Source: Candidatus Pacearchaeota archaeon
GTDB taxonomy: Archaea > Nanobdellota > Nanobdellia > Pacearchaeales > DTIR01
Reading direction: 5' to 3'
Assembly: GCA_018303805.1 (NCBI GenBank)
Contig: JAGVXL010000001.1
Span: 110,208 to 174,207, forward strand
Length of the DNA stretch: 64,000 nt
Part shown: positions 35,618-46,139 of the stretch, in pieces
Layout of the letters: every line of letters begins with the position of its first letter
Numbering within the stretch: position 1 is the first letter of the stretch
Notes under the pieces: generated by a model
The model's database searches: none
What the model was told of the DNA's origin: nothing
Seen by the model: only the letters and a program-made list of their open reading frames with translations
Translations under genes and position numbers: made by a program

Positions 35618-36271
35618 TCAAGGATTATTTCTTAACAACTCCAAAAGTTTCTGGTTTTCTGAATAATAAACCCATCTATACCATGGACCTACTCTTGATA
35701 TTTCTTTATTAGTAGTAGTTGTAATCAAATGCTGAAACTCTAAGAAAGGTATTGCTTCTTTGAAGAGTCTTGACTTTTCTGTGCCTTTTATTAAAAGTTC
35801 TACAATCGGATTTTTTCTTCTAAGATGTGCATTATTTTGGAAGTCCTTTAAAGAAAATATTTGCTCATCTGTTAGTTTTCTTGCATCAACTATTTTATCT
35901 ACTTCAAAATAACCAATAGCAAAAACATCCCAATCTTCTTTTTTATTATCAATATCTAGGGTTGAGTAAAATAAAATGTAAACCCTATTATTTTTTACAT
36001 TAGTTTTGTATAATATACTATCTCCAAATCCTCTTCTAATGTGCCCATAGGTACAAGTCTTAAATTCTGGGTCATAGTGGCAAGGATAATCTAAAGATTC
36101 ATTTATACATGTGTTATTTAAATCCTTAAATGTAAATTTTATTCTTTGGTCTTCGGTTTCTTCAATAGGAATATAACAAAAAGTCCTATCTTTTGAATTA
36201 AAAAAACCCCTGCCTGTTGGAGAAGTTCCCATTGCACCAACATTCAAGCCAATAATAATAGGTTTAGCCAT
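35618..36271 (-). CDS. Hypothetical 217-aa protein, AT-rich
   Basis: Full ORF. Its base composition is much more AT-rich than the flanking core genes. No motif recognised. Confidence 0.5.
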   Translation of the reverse strand: MAKPIIIGLNVGAMGTSPTGRGFFNSKDRTFCYIPIEETEDQRIKFTFKDLNNTCINESLDYPCHYDPEFKTCTYGHIRRGFGDSILYKTNVKNNRVYILFYSTLDIDNKKEDWDVFAIGYFEVDKIVDARKLTDEQIFSLKDFQNNAHLRRKNPIVELLIKGTEKSRLFKEAIPFLEFQHLITTTTNKEISRVGPWYRWVYYSENQKLLELLRNNP

Positions 36272-36272
36272 A

Positions 36273-37070
36273 TCAAGTCACCTTGAAATCAACCCGAATC
36301 CTGAACTTGTAAGGCGCAATCTCCCCAGCTTTTTTGACTCTGATAATTTTAATTTTCTTCCTGCATTTTTTTGCCGCAATTCCTATTGCCTTGATTTTTC
36401 CTTCAATGTCCTGCTGCTTTGCAAAATCATAATAAAAGATTTTTGTGCCTTTCTTTGAAACTGCAAATGCCTCTTTCAGAAATGTGTCCTTTAACTGGGG
36501 CCTTGGCATGACAATAAAGTCAAATTTATCTTTTAATTTTAATTTCTGCACAACTTTCTTAACATCACCCTGGATGATTTTTAGATTGTTCAGCTTGTTC
36601 AGTTTCACATTTTCATCTGCATATCTGCACGCCTCCCTATTAAGCTCAACTGCTGTAACCTCTGCCTTGGGATTCTGTTTTGCTGCCACAATGGCATAGG
36701 GTGCTATCCCTGCAAACATGACCAAAACTCTTTTTCTGCCTTTTTGTTTCGCTATCTCATTCGCAATTTCATGCCTTTCATTGCTTAATCTAGGGGAAAA
36801 ATAGCAGGTTTCCACATCCAGATTCATAAGGCAATTATTCTCTTTATGGATTGCCTCTTTTGTTTTATCCCCAAGGACTATCATCAACTTCCTTTTTCTC
36901 AGCCTGCCCTTTACCCTGCCTGTCTTAAGAAGAACAGTTCTTATGTGCCTGTTTGAAGCGAGAATTTTTTCTGCAAGTTTCTTCGCCTCTTTTTTCCTCT
37001 CATCAGGCAATTGCAGTATTGCAATACTGCCTATCACCTCAAATGGCATGTGCCCTGCTTGCTTGTGCAT
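36273..37070 (-). CDS. Class-I SAM-dependent methyltransferase of the Trm5/Taw2 (TYW2) family
   Basis: VLVMFAGIAPYAIVAAKQNPKAEVTAVELNREACRYADENVKLNKLNNLKIIQGDV matches the Trm5/TYW2 motif pattern (FAGvGpf...A.E.NP.....N..lN.....GD). 265 aa. Confidence 0.6.
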   Translation of the reverse strand: MHKQAGHMPFEVIGSIAILQLPDERKKEAKKLAEKILASNRHIRTVLLKTGRVKGRLRKRKLMIVLGDKTKEAIHKENNCLMNLDVETCYFSPRLSNERHEIANEIAKQKGRKRVLVMFAGIAPYAIVAAKQNPKAEVTAVELNREACRYADENVKLNKLNNLKIIQGDVKKVVQKLKLKDKFDFIVMPRPQLKDTFLKEAFAVSKKGTKIFYYDFAKQQDIEGKIKAIGIAAKKCRKKIKIIRVKKAGEIAPYKFRIRVDFKVT

Positions 37071-37105
37071 ATCAGCAGAAGATTTTTAAACTTTAAAAAT
37101 CTTTA

Positions 37106-37687
37106 ATGGTTATGAAATTAAAGAGTGTTTTTATTCTTGGTTCCTGCCTGCTGTTATTTGCATTGCCCCTCGTGAGCGCATACTGGGGAGGTTATAGCAG
37201 TTGGGGTTATGGCTGGTTTAGGCCTGCTGATTTGCTTGAGAATGAGTGGGTTATTTTCACTATGCTTTTTGCGATATTTTATGCAACAATCTTCGCATCA
37301 TTAGGGAAGGTGTTTAAGGAGAATAAGGCAGTTCCTGCAGTTATCTCATTAGCGCTTGCCTTCCTTGTTACAGCAGGCATCCAGAGGCAATGGATGTTTT
37401 TGGAAAGGCCTATAATGTTCTGGGCTCTCATTTTGACAATTGCGCTGGTTTTACTCACTTTCTTCAGGGCAATGAAGATTGGTCCAGCCATGTTCTTTGG
37501 AGTTTTGTTTATCTTGGTGGCATTATGGGGCACAGTTAAAAGTTCCATCAGCACGATGCTGCCTTATGGGATTGTAAGCTTTATAGACTCTATAGGGCCA
37601 TTCCGCTGGATATTTGGATTAATAGGGATAGGGCTCATAGGATACAGCTGGAGTAAATCAGCAAGCAGAGCTGAAGGAGGCAGGTAA
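37106..37687 (+). CDS. Polytopic membrane protein (193 aa), hypothetical
   Basis: At least five hydrophobic helices (for example FILGSCLLLFALPLV, VIFTMLFAIFYATIFASL, ALILTIALVLLTFF). Confidence 0.5.
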   Translation: MVMKLKSVFILGSCLLLFALPLVSAYWGGYSSWGYGWFRPADLLENEWVIFTMLFAIFYATIFASLGKVFKENKAVPAVISLALAFLVTAGIQRQWMFLERPIMFWALILTIALVLLTFFRAMKIGPAMFFGVLFILVALWGTVKSSISTMLPYGIVSFIDSIGPFRWIFGLIGIGLIGYSWSKSASRAEGGR

Positions 37688-37885
37688 ATGAAACTAATTG
37701 ATTTTTTGATTGGGTTGGCAGTTTTATTTATGGGGCTTCTGCCCCTGCTTGGCAGATTTGAGCAGATAGCAGAAAAAGTTGCTTTTATCGGGCAGCCAGG
37801 CAGCACTGTTTATCAAACAATTTTAATAGTGCTGGGAGTATTGGTTATTGCCTACTCACTAAAAACACCAAAACAAAAAGTATAG
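37688..37885 (+). CDS. Small (65-aa) two-helix membrane protein
   Basis: Its start overlaps the upstream stop (TAAATG). Hydrophobic helices LIGLAVLFMGLLPLL and ILIVLGVLVIAY. Confidence 0.35.
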   Translation: MKLIDFLIGLAVLFMGLLPLLGRFEQIAEKVAFIGQPGSTVYQTILIVLGVLVIAYSLKTPKQKV

Positions 37886-37909
37886 GGAAATCAATTTATA
37901 GAATCCCTA

Positions 37910-38956
37910 TTAGAACCATTTCTTCAAGTCAGACTGCTTTGCCTCTTCCTGTAATTTTTCAAGCCTGTCCAATGCAGACTGAACTCTTTCTTCAGAAAAA
38001 TCATGCTCCTTGCATAAAATCTTTGTAAGCCCTGTTGTTTCCGGCTTTGTAAATTTAATCCCGTAATTATTGCTTACTTCTGGATTCTTGAATAGCGAGA
38101 ATATTTCCTGCCAGTTAAATTCCATTCTAAGATTCTGTTGCTGCAATTGCTGTTCTATATGCCTGAATATCAATGCAGGTTGCTTGTATTGCCTCACAAC
38201 CAACAATGCCTTTTTTGGGCCTATCCCCCTTATCCCCCCCGGGTTGTAATCTGTTCCGACAAGTATGCCCAGTGAAATAAGCTGCTCGTGGTCTAATTGC
38301 AGAGTGTTAAGCACTTGCTGCAGTTCTATCATCTCTGTCTGTATAGGCACAAATATCCCGCTCGCCAATCTTCTCTTTCTTGCTAATGTTAGATTCTGGA
38401 TTAATCTAGGAGAACCAAAAAGCAGTGCATCATAGTCCTGCGAGGCAGCAGCATATATCTGCTCATTTGTCCTGCACATATAAGCTGCCTGCGCCTCTCC
38501 TTCAGAAGGAGCCTGCACAACAGGAATTCCCAGGGCTTTGAGCAACTCTTTTGATTCTATAAGAATATCCTCTGTTAAATAGGTAGTTTGCCTTGCATAT
38601 CTCGCCATTCCTTCAATATCCTCAGCCCTTTTTGCCTCTTCATACTTTCTTTTTGCCTCTTCCTTGAGTGCATTTCTTGCCTCATGCGTAACTCCTTTAA
38701 GTGCTGGGGCTTTTCCATCAAAAACATAAACAAGCTTGATGCCCCGTGTTAACAGGTTTATGTTCCTGTAAAATAGTCCTGATAAGTGAGAAGTTATCCT
38801 TTTTTTAGAATCCATCAAAGGCGTTCCATCAGGCTGCCTTATCGTAGAAATAAACTGGTAAATTGTGTTAAAGGCATCTACTGCAAGAATCTTTCCTTGC
38901 AAGTCATGCAGTTGAATTTCCTGCCTTGGCACTATTTCAGATATCTGCAAGCCCAT
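37910..38956 (-). CDS. fen: Flap endonuclease 1
   Basis: MGLQISEIVP...LQGKILAVDAFNTIYQF...VYVFDGKAPALK are the FEN-1 N and I domain motifs. 348 aa. Confidence 0.85.
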   Translation of the reverse strand: MGLQISEIVPRQEIQLHDLQGKILAVDAFNTIYQFISTIRQPDGTPLMDSKKRITSHLSGLFYRNINLLTRGIKLVYVFDGKAPALKGVTHEARNALKEEAKRKYEEAKRAEDIEGMARYARQTTYLTEDILIESKELLKALGIPVVQAPSEGEAQAAYMCRTNEQIYAAASQDYDALLFGSPRLIQNLTLARKRRLASGIFVPIQTEMIELQQVLNTLQLDHEQLISLGILVGTDYNPGGIRGIGPKKALLVVRQYKQPALIFRHIEQQLQQQNLRMEFNWQEIFSLFKNPEVSNNYGIKFTKPETTGLTKILCKEHDFSEERVQSALDRLEKLQEEAKQSDLKKWF

Positions 38957-38993
38957 AAACCTAGATAGAAAAGGGAATATAAAAATTTAGTGT

Positions 38994-39332
38994 TTATCTG
39001 CAAGGACCGCCGTCCAATGCCCCAAGATGAAGCTCTAATGGGGATTTAAGCTTTGCAACAAGCCCTTTTTCCTTTGCTTTCAGAGCATTATTGTAAAGCC
39101 TTCCAAAAACATGGTGTATAACCCTGTCAGGGCATTGTGAAACCAACTCAAATTTTTTCCCATATTCTATGCTTGAAACCCTTAATTTATCATAAAAAAG
39201 TGAGATTAACTCTCTCTTTTTTCCGACATTATACTGGTTTGTCTGGGTGATAAAGTCCGGATTGAAACAGGGCTTGTAAATAGTTTCATTTAGGAGTATT
39301 GCATAAAACTTGTTTTTTGGCATTTTCATCAT
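38994..39332 (-). CDS. Hypothetical 112-aa protein
   Basis: Full ORF between fen and the LysM-like gene. Confidence 0.45.
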   Translation of the reverse strand: MMKMPKNKFYAILLNETIYKPCFNPDFITQTNQYNVGKKRELISLFYDKLRVSSIEYGKKFELVSQCPDRVIHHVFGRLYNNALKAKEKGLVAKLKSPLELHLGALDGGPCR

Positions 39333-39344
39333 TTTGTCCCCCCT

Positions 39345-39677
39345 CTATTTGTTTTTATAAACAGGCAACTTTATTGTCTCACCAATAGCCAAGTCAGAAG
39401 TTTTCTTACCGTTTGTTTCAAGAGTATACTCTCTCACATCTCTTGGGTCAACAGAACTTGGAATATTGCTATATTTCCTTAAAATTCTGTCTATACCGTC
39501 TCCTTTTTCAACGCTGTATTCAATAGTTCCTGCAGGATTTCTCACTATTTCCTGCTGTTTCCTGTCTTTTGGGAACATATAATCGCTCCTGACAGCATTC
39601 AAAAATAAAAAAGTGCTGCCAACCACTATAGGTGCCACTACAAATGTTCCAAGCAAAAATGATTTAAGTGTCTTCAT
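39345..39677 (-). CDS. Membrane-anchored protein (110 aa) with a LysM-like segment
   Basis: N-terminal TM FLLGTFVVAPIVVGSTFLFL. IEYSVEKGDGIDRILRKYS resembles the LysM Y-x-V-x-x-GD-T/G...I motif. Confidence 0.4.
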   Translation of the reverse strand: MKTLKSFLLGTFVVAPIVVGSTFLFLNAVRSDYMFPKDRKQQEIVRNPAGTIEYSVEKGDGIDRILRKYSNIPSSVDPRDVREYTLETNGKKTSDLAIGETIKLPVYKNK

Positions 39678-39766
39678 CTTTTATCTCCTTATTTGTTACT
39701 AACTTATAGTAACAACACTATTTAAACCTTTCTATTGGATTGCGGAGAGGATAAATTTTAAAAGAA

Positions 39767-42238
39767 TTGATGCATGGCATGGTTATGGAACTCAAGTTTA
39801 TCCCTCTTGATTACGACTACTTTGACTTTAACAATGAAACTTTTGTGAGAGTATGGGGCAGGACCGCAGATGGCAAGAGGGTATGCGCTATTGATGCTTA
39901 TAATGCCTATTTCTGGCTTATTCTAAAAGAAAATCTTGGCAAAAAGGATATTGAAATAGTGATGGAAAAAGTTAAGGGCATAAAATCTGAGTTTGCAGGA
40001 AGAAAAGTTTATGTCAAGAATGTTGAGTTTCATGAAAAAAATTTCCTTGGAAAGCCTGTCAAGGCATTGAAAGTTACAGTGAGCAATCATAAGGATATGC
40101 AGGTTATTTCAGAAAGAGCCAAGGATTTTGAAGAGGTTAAAATTAGGAGAGAGACAGACGTCTCTTTTATCACAAGATACATAATTGAAAAAAAGGTTTT
40201 GCCGCTGCAATGGCACTCTGTTTCCGGCGAACTGCTGGGTGAAAAGGATTTTGGGGGCATGTTTAATATTCTTGATGTGGATATTGCCATCAAAGCAGAA
40301 AATATTTCAGCAACAAGCGAAGATAATTTCCTGCCAAAAATTATGGCTTTTGATATAGAGACAGACAGCTTGGAGATAGGCAAGGGCAGCATACTCATGA
40401 TTTCTGCCGTTTCAGAAAATTTGAAGAAGGTTTTGACATGGAAGAAATTTCCAGCAGAGGGTTATGTTGAATTCTGCAAGGATGAGGCAGACATGATTGA
40501 GAAATTTTGTAGCTATATAAAAAAAGAAAAACCAGACGCGCTTGTTGGCTATTTTTCAGATGGATTTGACATGCCCTATCTGAGGGCAAGAGCAGAAAAA
40601 CACAAGATAAAGATGGATATCTCTCTTGATGGCTCCCAGCCGGTATTTGCAAGAGGCAGGATAACAAGCTCAAGGCTCGCAGGCATAGTGCATATAGACC
40701 TGTTCAGGTTTATTGAAACTGCCTACTCCCAGTATCTTCAGTCTGAAACTCTTGGATTGAATGAAGTTGCTTTGGAATTGCTTGGTGAAGGCAAAAAAGA
40801 CTTTGAACACAAGCATTCTGCCCATATAACTCATTCTGGCTGGAAGCAGTATTTTGAGTATAACCTTCAGGATGCAGTATTAACCTATAAACTTGCTGGG
40901 AAGGCATGGCAGGACATGGCTGCATTCAGCAGGATAATTCAAGAGCCATTGTTCGAGATAACCAGAGACAGGATGTCCCAGCTTGTTGAGAATTACCTCC
41001 TGCATAATCTTCATAAATTCAATGAGATTGCTGAAAAAAGGCCCCTGCATGATGAAATTGAAGAGAGAAGAATGAGAAAGAAATATGAAGGGGCATTTGT
41101 TTTTCAGCCGGTTCCTGCGCTTTATGAGAATCTAGCAATGTTTGATTTCACTAGCATGTATGCGAGTATAATAGCTACTCATAACTTGTCAAAATCAACA
41201 CAGTTGGAGAAGAAGGAGAAAGAGGCACTTGAGGTGGAACTGGAAGAACATAAGGCTTATTTCACGAAAAATCCAGGTTTTTTCTCCCTAATGCTTAATG
41301 ATATAATCAATAAGAGAAAGAAATACAAGCAGGAATACAAGAAAAATCCAGATGCCATGAATTTTGCAAGAAGCAATGCATACAAGCTGCTTGCGAATGC
41401 CGCTTATGGTTATCAGGGCTTTTTTGGAGCCAGATATTATTGCATTGATGCTGCTGCTGCAACTGCCGCGTTGGCAAGAAAATTTCTGAAAGGAGTCATT
41501 GACAAAATAAATAGCTTTGGATGCAAGGTAGTATATGCTGACACAGACGGCATTGCATTTTTGCTGCAGGATAAAAGCAAGCAAGAAGTGCTTAATCTTC
41601 TGGAAAAACTCAACTCTGGCTTGCCCGGAATAATGGAACTAGAGCTTGAAGAGTTCTACAAAAGAGGCATTTGGGTGACGAAAAGAACAGGCGAGTTCGG
41701 GGCAAAGAAGAAATATGCACTGCTAAATGAGAAAAATCAGTTAAAAGTCAGAGGTTTTGAAACTGTAAGAAGGGACTGGTGCAATTTGGCAAGGGAAGTT
41801 CAAAATGAGATTCTTTCCAGGATACTGAAAGAGGGAAATGCAACTTCAAGTTTGAAATTTGTTCAGGATGTCATAAAAAAACTTAAGAAGAGGGAAATTG
41901 AAAAGGAGAAGCTGGTTATAAAAACGCAGCTGAAAAAAGAGATCGCAGAATATGTTGCAGAAGGCCCCCATGTCACAATAGCAAAAAAAATGATTGCATT
42001 AGGAATGCCTGTTGATACAGGCATGCTGATTGAATATTACATTGCTGAAGGCAACGGGAAAGGAAAAAAACAGCTTGTCAGGGAAAAGGCAAAGCTTCCA
42101 GATGAACAAGGCAGATATGATATTACTTATTATATTGAGCATCAGATTGTGCCTGCAGTTGAAAATATCTTTGAGGTTTTTGGCATAACTAAGGGAGATT
42201 TAACCGGCAAATCCCAGAAAAAACTGCATGAATTTTAG
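39767..42238 (+). CDS. polB: Family-B DNA polymerase
   Basis: Exo I FDIETD. Motif A DFTSMYASII. Motif B KLLANAAYGY. Motif C YADTDG. 823 aa. Confidence 0.85.
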   Translation: MMHGMVMELKFIPLDYDYFDFNNETFVRVWGRTADGKRVCAIDAYNAYFWLILKENLGKKDIEIVMEKVKGIKSEFAGRKVYVKNVEFHEKNFLGKPVKALKVTVSNHKDMQVISERAKDFEEVKIRRETDVSFITRYIIEKKVLPLQWHSVSGELLGEKDFGGMFNILDVDIAIKAENISATSEDNFLPKIMAFDIETDSLEIGKGSILMISAVSENLKKVLTWKKFPAEGYVEFCKDEADMIEKFCSYIKKEKPDALVGYFSDGFDMPYLRARAEKHKIKMDISLDGSQPVFARGRITSSRLAGIVHIDLFRFIETAYSQYLQSETLGLNEVALELLGEGKKDFEHKHSAHITHSGWKQYFEYNLQDAVLTYKLAGKAWQDMAAFSRIIQEPLFEITRDRMSQLVENYLLHNLHKFNEIAEKRPLHDEIEERRMRKKYEGAFVFQPVPALYENLAMFDFTSMYASIIATHNLSKSTQLEKKEKEALEVELEEHKAYFTKNPGFFSLMLNDIINKRKKYKQEYKKNPDAMNFARSNAYKLLANAAYGYQGFFGARYYCIDAAAATAALARKFLKGVIDKINSFGCKVVYADTDGIAFLLQDKSKQEVLNLLEKLNSGLPGIMELELEEFYKRGIWVTKRTGEFGAKKKYALLNEKNQLKVRGFETVRRDWCNLAREVQNEILSRILKEGNATSSLKFVQDVIKKLKKREIEKEKLVIKTQLKKEIAEYVAEGPHVTIAKKMIALGMPVDTGMLIEYYIAEGNGKGKKQLVREKAKLPDEQGRYDITYYIEHQIVPAVENIFEVFGITKGDLTGKSQKKLHEF

Positions 42239-42243
42239 AATTT

Positions 42244-43587
42244 TTATCTCTTTCTTACTAGCATTATAATGTAAAATATAAGCAGGGCATCCGCGATTAT
42301 GAATGATGCTAGTGTTGCAAAATCAAAAATAGTAGGCGATGCAGAGATTTCCACGCATTCCGCGCAGCTGCCACCGCAATCTACTGCAATCTCATCATAA
42401 TCCTCTTTGCCATCATAGCAATACCAGCAGTAATCTTGCCTGCTTAGCTCTTTCAAGGTCAACTCAATATCCATGCTTGGCTCTTCCCCAGAAGTAAGCT
42501 CCCTTATTCTGCTTACGAACTGCCCAGTATCAGCATTAAAAATTTCTATGTACTTGCCATTGCACCATTCTACCCTATTTGTCTTTATCGGTATGGTTTC
42601 ATTACAGGTGCGGGATTCAACACCCACATTCCCCACGCAATAGGACATGTCATAGCACAGCCTCTCTTGCCTTGGTTTTACAGCATCAGTTATCTTGCCG
42701 GCAGTTATAATCTTGATATCATAACTTAGTTTGCAGACTTGCCAGTCAGAGCATGTCCAATTTGGCTCGCATTTAATATTTTTTTGCATGCATACTGGAT
42801 CCAGCCATTCTGTTGGGGGCATATAAGTGTTATATTCACACTGCACATTAATTTTTTTGCATTCCCTGTAATGCTTTCCGTATACACATCCAGACCAATT
42901 GCTGCACTGCCATTTATCAACACAGCTTGAGTTTATGACGTTGAAACGCCACTCAATGGTTTTTGAATTTCTTGAGTCGTTTACAATGGCATTGACTATG
43001 TATCTTGTTACATCTTCTTTAAACTGCTGGCTCTTTAAAATCCCCCCCCTTTTCTGCAGGGATGTTTGGTTATAAGTAAAATGGCTTATTATGCTCCCCT
43101 TTGCCCCTTCTTCCTTCTCAATATTTCCGTTTACAAGCCATTGTACATTAACAGCATCATTATCCGGGTCAAAAGCAACAATTCCAAATTCTATCTGCCC
43201 AGGAGAAACAACAAAAGTTTTCATTGCAGGAAAACTCATCTCAATAATTGGCTCTATGTTTGTGATGTCCGGTTTTTCTTTCTTTTCTATCTCTTCTGCA
43301 AGAGATTTATTCGCGAAAAAGGTTATAATCTCATCCCCCAGCCAGCCGATTTTTGGGGTTATTGTGGCAATGCTATTCTTAATTGAGATTGTAACATTTT
43401 CCGTTTTGCTATGGTGGTATATATCTGCTTTTGGAAGATATTTTGCCAGGTCAATAGAGACGTTCTTTCCGCCCTCTATAGAGTGAAATTTTATTGTAAG
43501 CCTGTCCTCTTCAGCCGTTGCTATCCCCAATGCAGAGACAATTATAATAATGCACAAAAGAATCAAAAACCTTCCCTCTTTACCCAT
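42244..43587 (-). CDS. Cys-rich surface protein (447 aa) with a signal peptide and a C-terminal TM anchor
   Basis: N-terminus MGKEGRFLILLCIIIIVSALGIATA. Many CxxC/CxC pairs in the C-terminal half. C-terminal TM SFIIADALLIFYIIMLVRKR. Confidence 0.6.
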   Translation of the reverse strand: MGKEGRFLILLCIIIIVSALGIATAEEDRLTIKFHSIEGGKNVSIDLAKYLPKADIYHHSKTENVTISIKNSIATITPKIGWLGDEIITFFANKSLAEEIEKKEKPDITNIEPIIEMSFPAMKTFVVSPGQIEFGIVAFDPDNDAVNVQWLVNGNIEKEEGAKGSIISHFTYNQTSLQKRGGILKSQQFKEDVTRYIVNAIVNDSRNSKTIEWRFNVINSSCVDKWQCSNWSGCVYGKHYRECKKINVQCEYNTYMPPTEWLDPVCMQKNIKCEPNWTCSDWQVCKLSYDIKIITAGKITDAVKPRQERLCYDMSYCVGNVGVESRTCNETIPIKTNRVEWCNGKYIEIFNADTGQFVSRIRELTSGEEPSMDIELTLKELSRQDYCWYCYDGKEDYDEIAVDCGGSCAECVEISASPTIFDFATLASFIIADALLIFYIIMLVRKR

Positions 43588-43712
43588 ATATAATTTATAG
43601 ATTTTCTATTTTTTAACCTTTCGCATATTAATTTGGTGATATTGAAGTATACGGTGAACCTAAAAGTTTTTTAATTCAAAAACTTTTTATACTGCCCCTT
43701 AGTAGTATAATT

Positions 43713-45152
43713 ATGGGGGGAACAAAGAAGCGCTGGACTATTTTGCTTTTCTTATCAATCCTGTTTATCCACGCAAGCAGGCTTGTTTATGCAGGAGAAA
43801 TTTCTATCGGCGGTTATAGGTATCCTTCGATAATATTAATTCCCATAATTTCTATTGTAGTATGCTCCATAATTTTGATTGCGCTGTTTATAAATATCGC
43901 AAGAAAGAAAATCAGTGCTGTTGGCGCTGGCAGGGGTTTTTCTTTTTTTGGGAAGGCAAAAAGGGAGAAAAAACAGGAGAATGTTTATTTAGGAGAATTA
44001 AAAAAGTTCAGGAAGGGGCTGCATGAAATGCAGGTTGAGCAGGCATTTAATGCCCTATCCACTATAACAAGGAATTTCTTCAGGGAGATGCTTGATTTGC
44101 ATTATGAGTTTACCTATGATGAGCTTGAACAGGAGTTGAGGAAGAGGAATAAAAGAAAGGAGCTTATTGATATCTCTAAAGAGATTTCTGAGATGAAATA
44201 TAGCGGGAAAAGAATAACAAAGCAGGAATTAGAGGCTTTAGCTGGAAGAATTGAGCAGCTTGTAAAAAAAGAACAGTTTAGGAAAGAAGAGGCTGAACTC
44301 AAGATAAGCAAGGCAATTGTAAAGGGTAGGAGTGGGTTTTTCAGCAAAATATCCCAAATTGAAACAGAAAAGGGCAAGAAAAAACACCTGCTTGAACTGA
44401 TGGAGCAGGAGGAAGAAGCCCTGAAGAAAGACATGGAAATAGCCAAGAATATCTATCATCGGATTCTTTCGTCTTACTACAAACTGCCGGCAAGAGACAG
44501 AAGAGAGATTTATGATAAACTGACAGGTTTCTACCAGCAAGTAAACAAGATGCTCTTTTCTTCATTCTATAGCAAAAAAAGCAAGAAACAGCTGGAATAT
44601 TTCACAAAGAAACTCGAAGAACTGCAGAAACAGGCGCAGGGAGTTATTGCGAAAGAGAAAGCAGTAGAGAGATTTAAATTGCCTGAACTTAAGCCTCATG
44701 CAAAAGTTCATGTTAGGCATTTAGAAAGCGAGATTAGAAAGGAGAGGGCAATCAAAACAGAGGAGCTGAAAAAACTTGAAAAGATTGAGAAAGAGGCCCA
44801 GGAGAGAATAAAGAGCATTACGGAGAGGGTAATTGAACAGAATATTCTCCGACAACCTGTGGAAAAACCTGAAGAAAAGACAACTATCCGGGAGATAAAA
44901 TATGTTACGCCATCCCCTCAAGCTGAGAACCATGTTGCAAGGCAGATTATCCACAAGTCAAGCGAGCATGCACCAGCCGTGCATAAGGCCAAACAGCCAG
45001 AAGCTGAGATGAAAGCCAAACATGAAAAGGAAATCAAAACAGCAATGCATATGCCGCACAAGGCAAAAGACAAGAAATTCATGCATATTGCGCGAGAGGA
45101 GAAAGAAATACTGCAGAAACTGGAGAGATTAAGAAAGGGATATATCGGCTGA
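43713..45152 (+). CDS. Membrane-anchored coiled-coil protein (479 aa), hypothetical
   Basis: N-terminal signal plus a second TM (IILIPIISIVVCSIILIALFINI), then a long K/E-rich helical region. Confidence 0.5.
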   Translation: MGGTKKRWTILLFLSILFIHASRLVYAGEISIGGYRYPSIILIPIISIVVCSIILIALFINIARKKISAVGAGRGFSFFGKAKREKKQENVYLGELKKFRKGLHEMQVEQAFNALSTITRNFFREMLDLHYEFTYDELEQELRKRNKRKELIDISKEISEMKYSGKRITKQELEALAGRIEQLVKKEQFRKEEAELKISKAIVKGRSGFFSKISQIETEKGKKKHLLELMEQEEEALKKDMEIAKNIYHRILSSYYKLPARDRREIYDKLTGFYQQVNKMLFSSFYSKKSKKQLEYFTKKLEELQKQAQGVIAKEKAVERFKLPELKPHAKVHVRHLESEIRKERAIKTEELKKLEKIEKEAQERIKSITERVIEQNILRQPVEKPEEKTTIREIKYVTPSPQAENHVARQIIHKSSEHAPAVHKAKQPEAEMKAKHEKEIKTAMHMPHKAKDKKFMHIAREEKEILQKLERLRKGYIG

Positions 45153-45195
45153 AAAAATTTTTTGAGGTTTAAATTTATTTTTTATTGAGTATTTA

Positions 45196-46131
45196 TTAAG
45201 GCAAGGTCCTGTATCTTGTATTGATTAAGAACCATTCAATAAGCAATAAAAATAGTGCTATAAACAGCAGGGTTGCAGATGCATTAAAAGAGAGTTTCAC
45301 ATTTGTTGTGCTTGTTATTTCTTTATACGCCTTTAACAGTTCGTCTTTGTTTTTTGCCTGGTTATATCCCCCCCCAGTATTATAGGCAATTGATTTCAAG
45401 GCGTCCTCATCAAGTTCTGAGGAGAATCCAATATCCCCTATCTGCATTTTCCCGCCAGAGACGGTCCCAAGCCCTATTGTGTGGATTGTAACCGCATTTT
45501 TTCTGGCATAATCTATTATTTCATCTATTGTGCCGACATTAATCTGCCCATCTGTCAGCAATATCACCGCCTTAAGATTTTTGCCCTTGAATAAGACACT
45601 AACTGATGTTACAACAGCATCGAGTATGTCTGTGCCGCCAACATATTTGACTTCTATGCCCCTTATTGCATTTTTTACGTTTAACAAATCAGATGTTAGT
45701 TCTTGCTCTACAAATGACGAACCGGAAAAAGAGACAACAGCAATTTCAGTCCTTGCCTTCAAGGAATCAACAAAAGCAATAGCAGAATCTTTTGCAGTCT
45801 CAAGCCTGTTTGGCATGATATCCTGCGCCAGCATGCTGCTTGAAGCATCTATTGCAAGCACATAATCCACGTTGCTTGACTTGCCGGTATACCATACTGT
45901 TGTGCCTGCAGCGGCAAGAATAACACAGATTACAATAAGGAGCCTTATATAAAGCAACAAAACATTTTTAGAGAATATCTCCGAGCCAGTAACTCTTTCA
46001 ATTGCCTCAAAATTTGCAAATTTTAATGCTCTTCTTTTAATATATTTGAGGGTTGTGAAGTGCAGTGCTATAAGGAGGATTATTGCCAGTAAGAACCACA
46101 GATAAAAAGCATTCCTAAATATTATCTCCAT
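45196..46131 (-). CDS. BatA-like von Willebrand factor A domain membrane protein
   Basis: Two N-terminal TMs, then the MIDAS motif VLAIDASSSM, and TDG near the C-terminus. It is the third gene of the MoxR operon. Confidence 0.75.
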   Translation of the reverse strand: MEIIFRNAFYLWFLLAIILLIALHFTTLKYIKRRALKFANFEAIERVTGSEIFSKNVLLLYIRLLIVICVILAAAGTTVWYTGKSSNVDYVLAIDASSSMLAQDIMPNRLETAKDSAIAFVDSLKARTEIAVVSFSGSSFVEQELTSDLLNVKNAIRGIEVKYVGGTDILDAVVTSVSVLFKGKNLKAVILLTDGQINVGTIDEIIDYARKNAVTIHTIGLGTVSGGKMQIGDIGFSSELDEDALKSIAYNTGGGYNQAKNKDELLKAYKEITSTTNVKLSFNASATLLFIALFLLLIEWFLINTRYRTLP

Positions 46132-46139
46132 TTAGCTGC

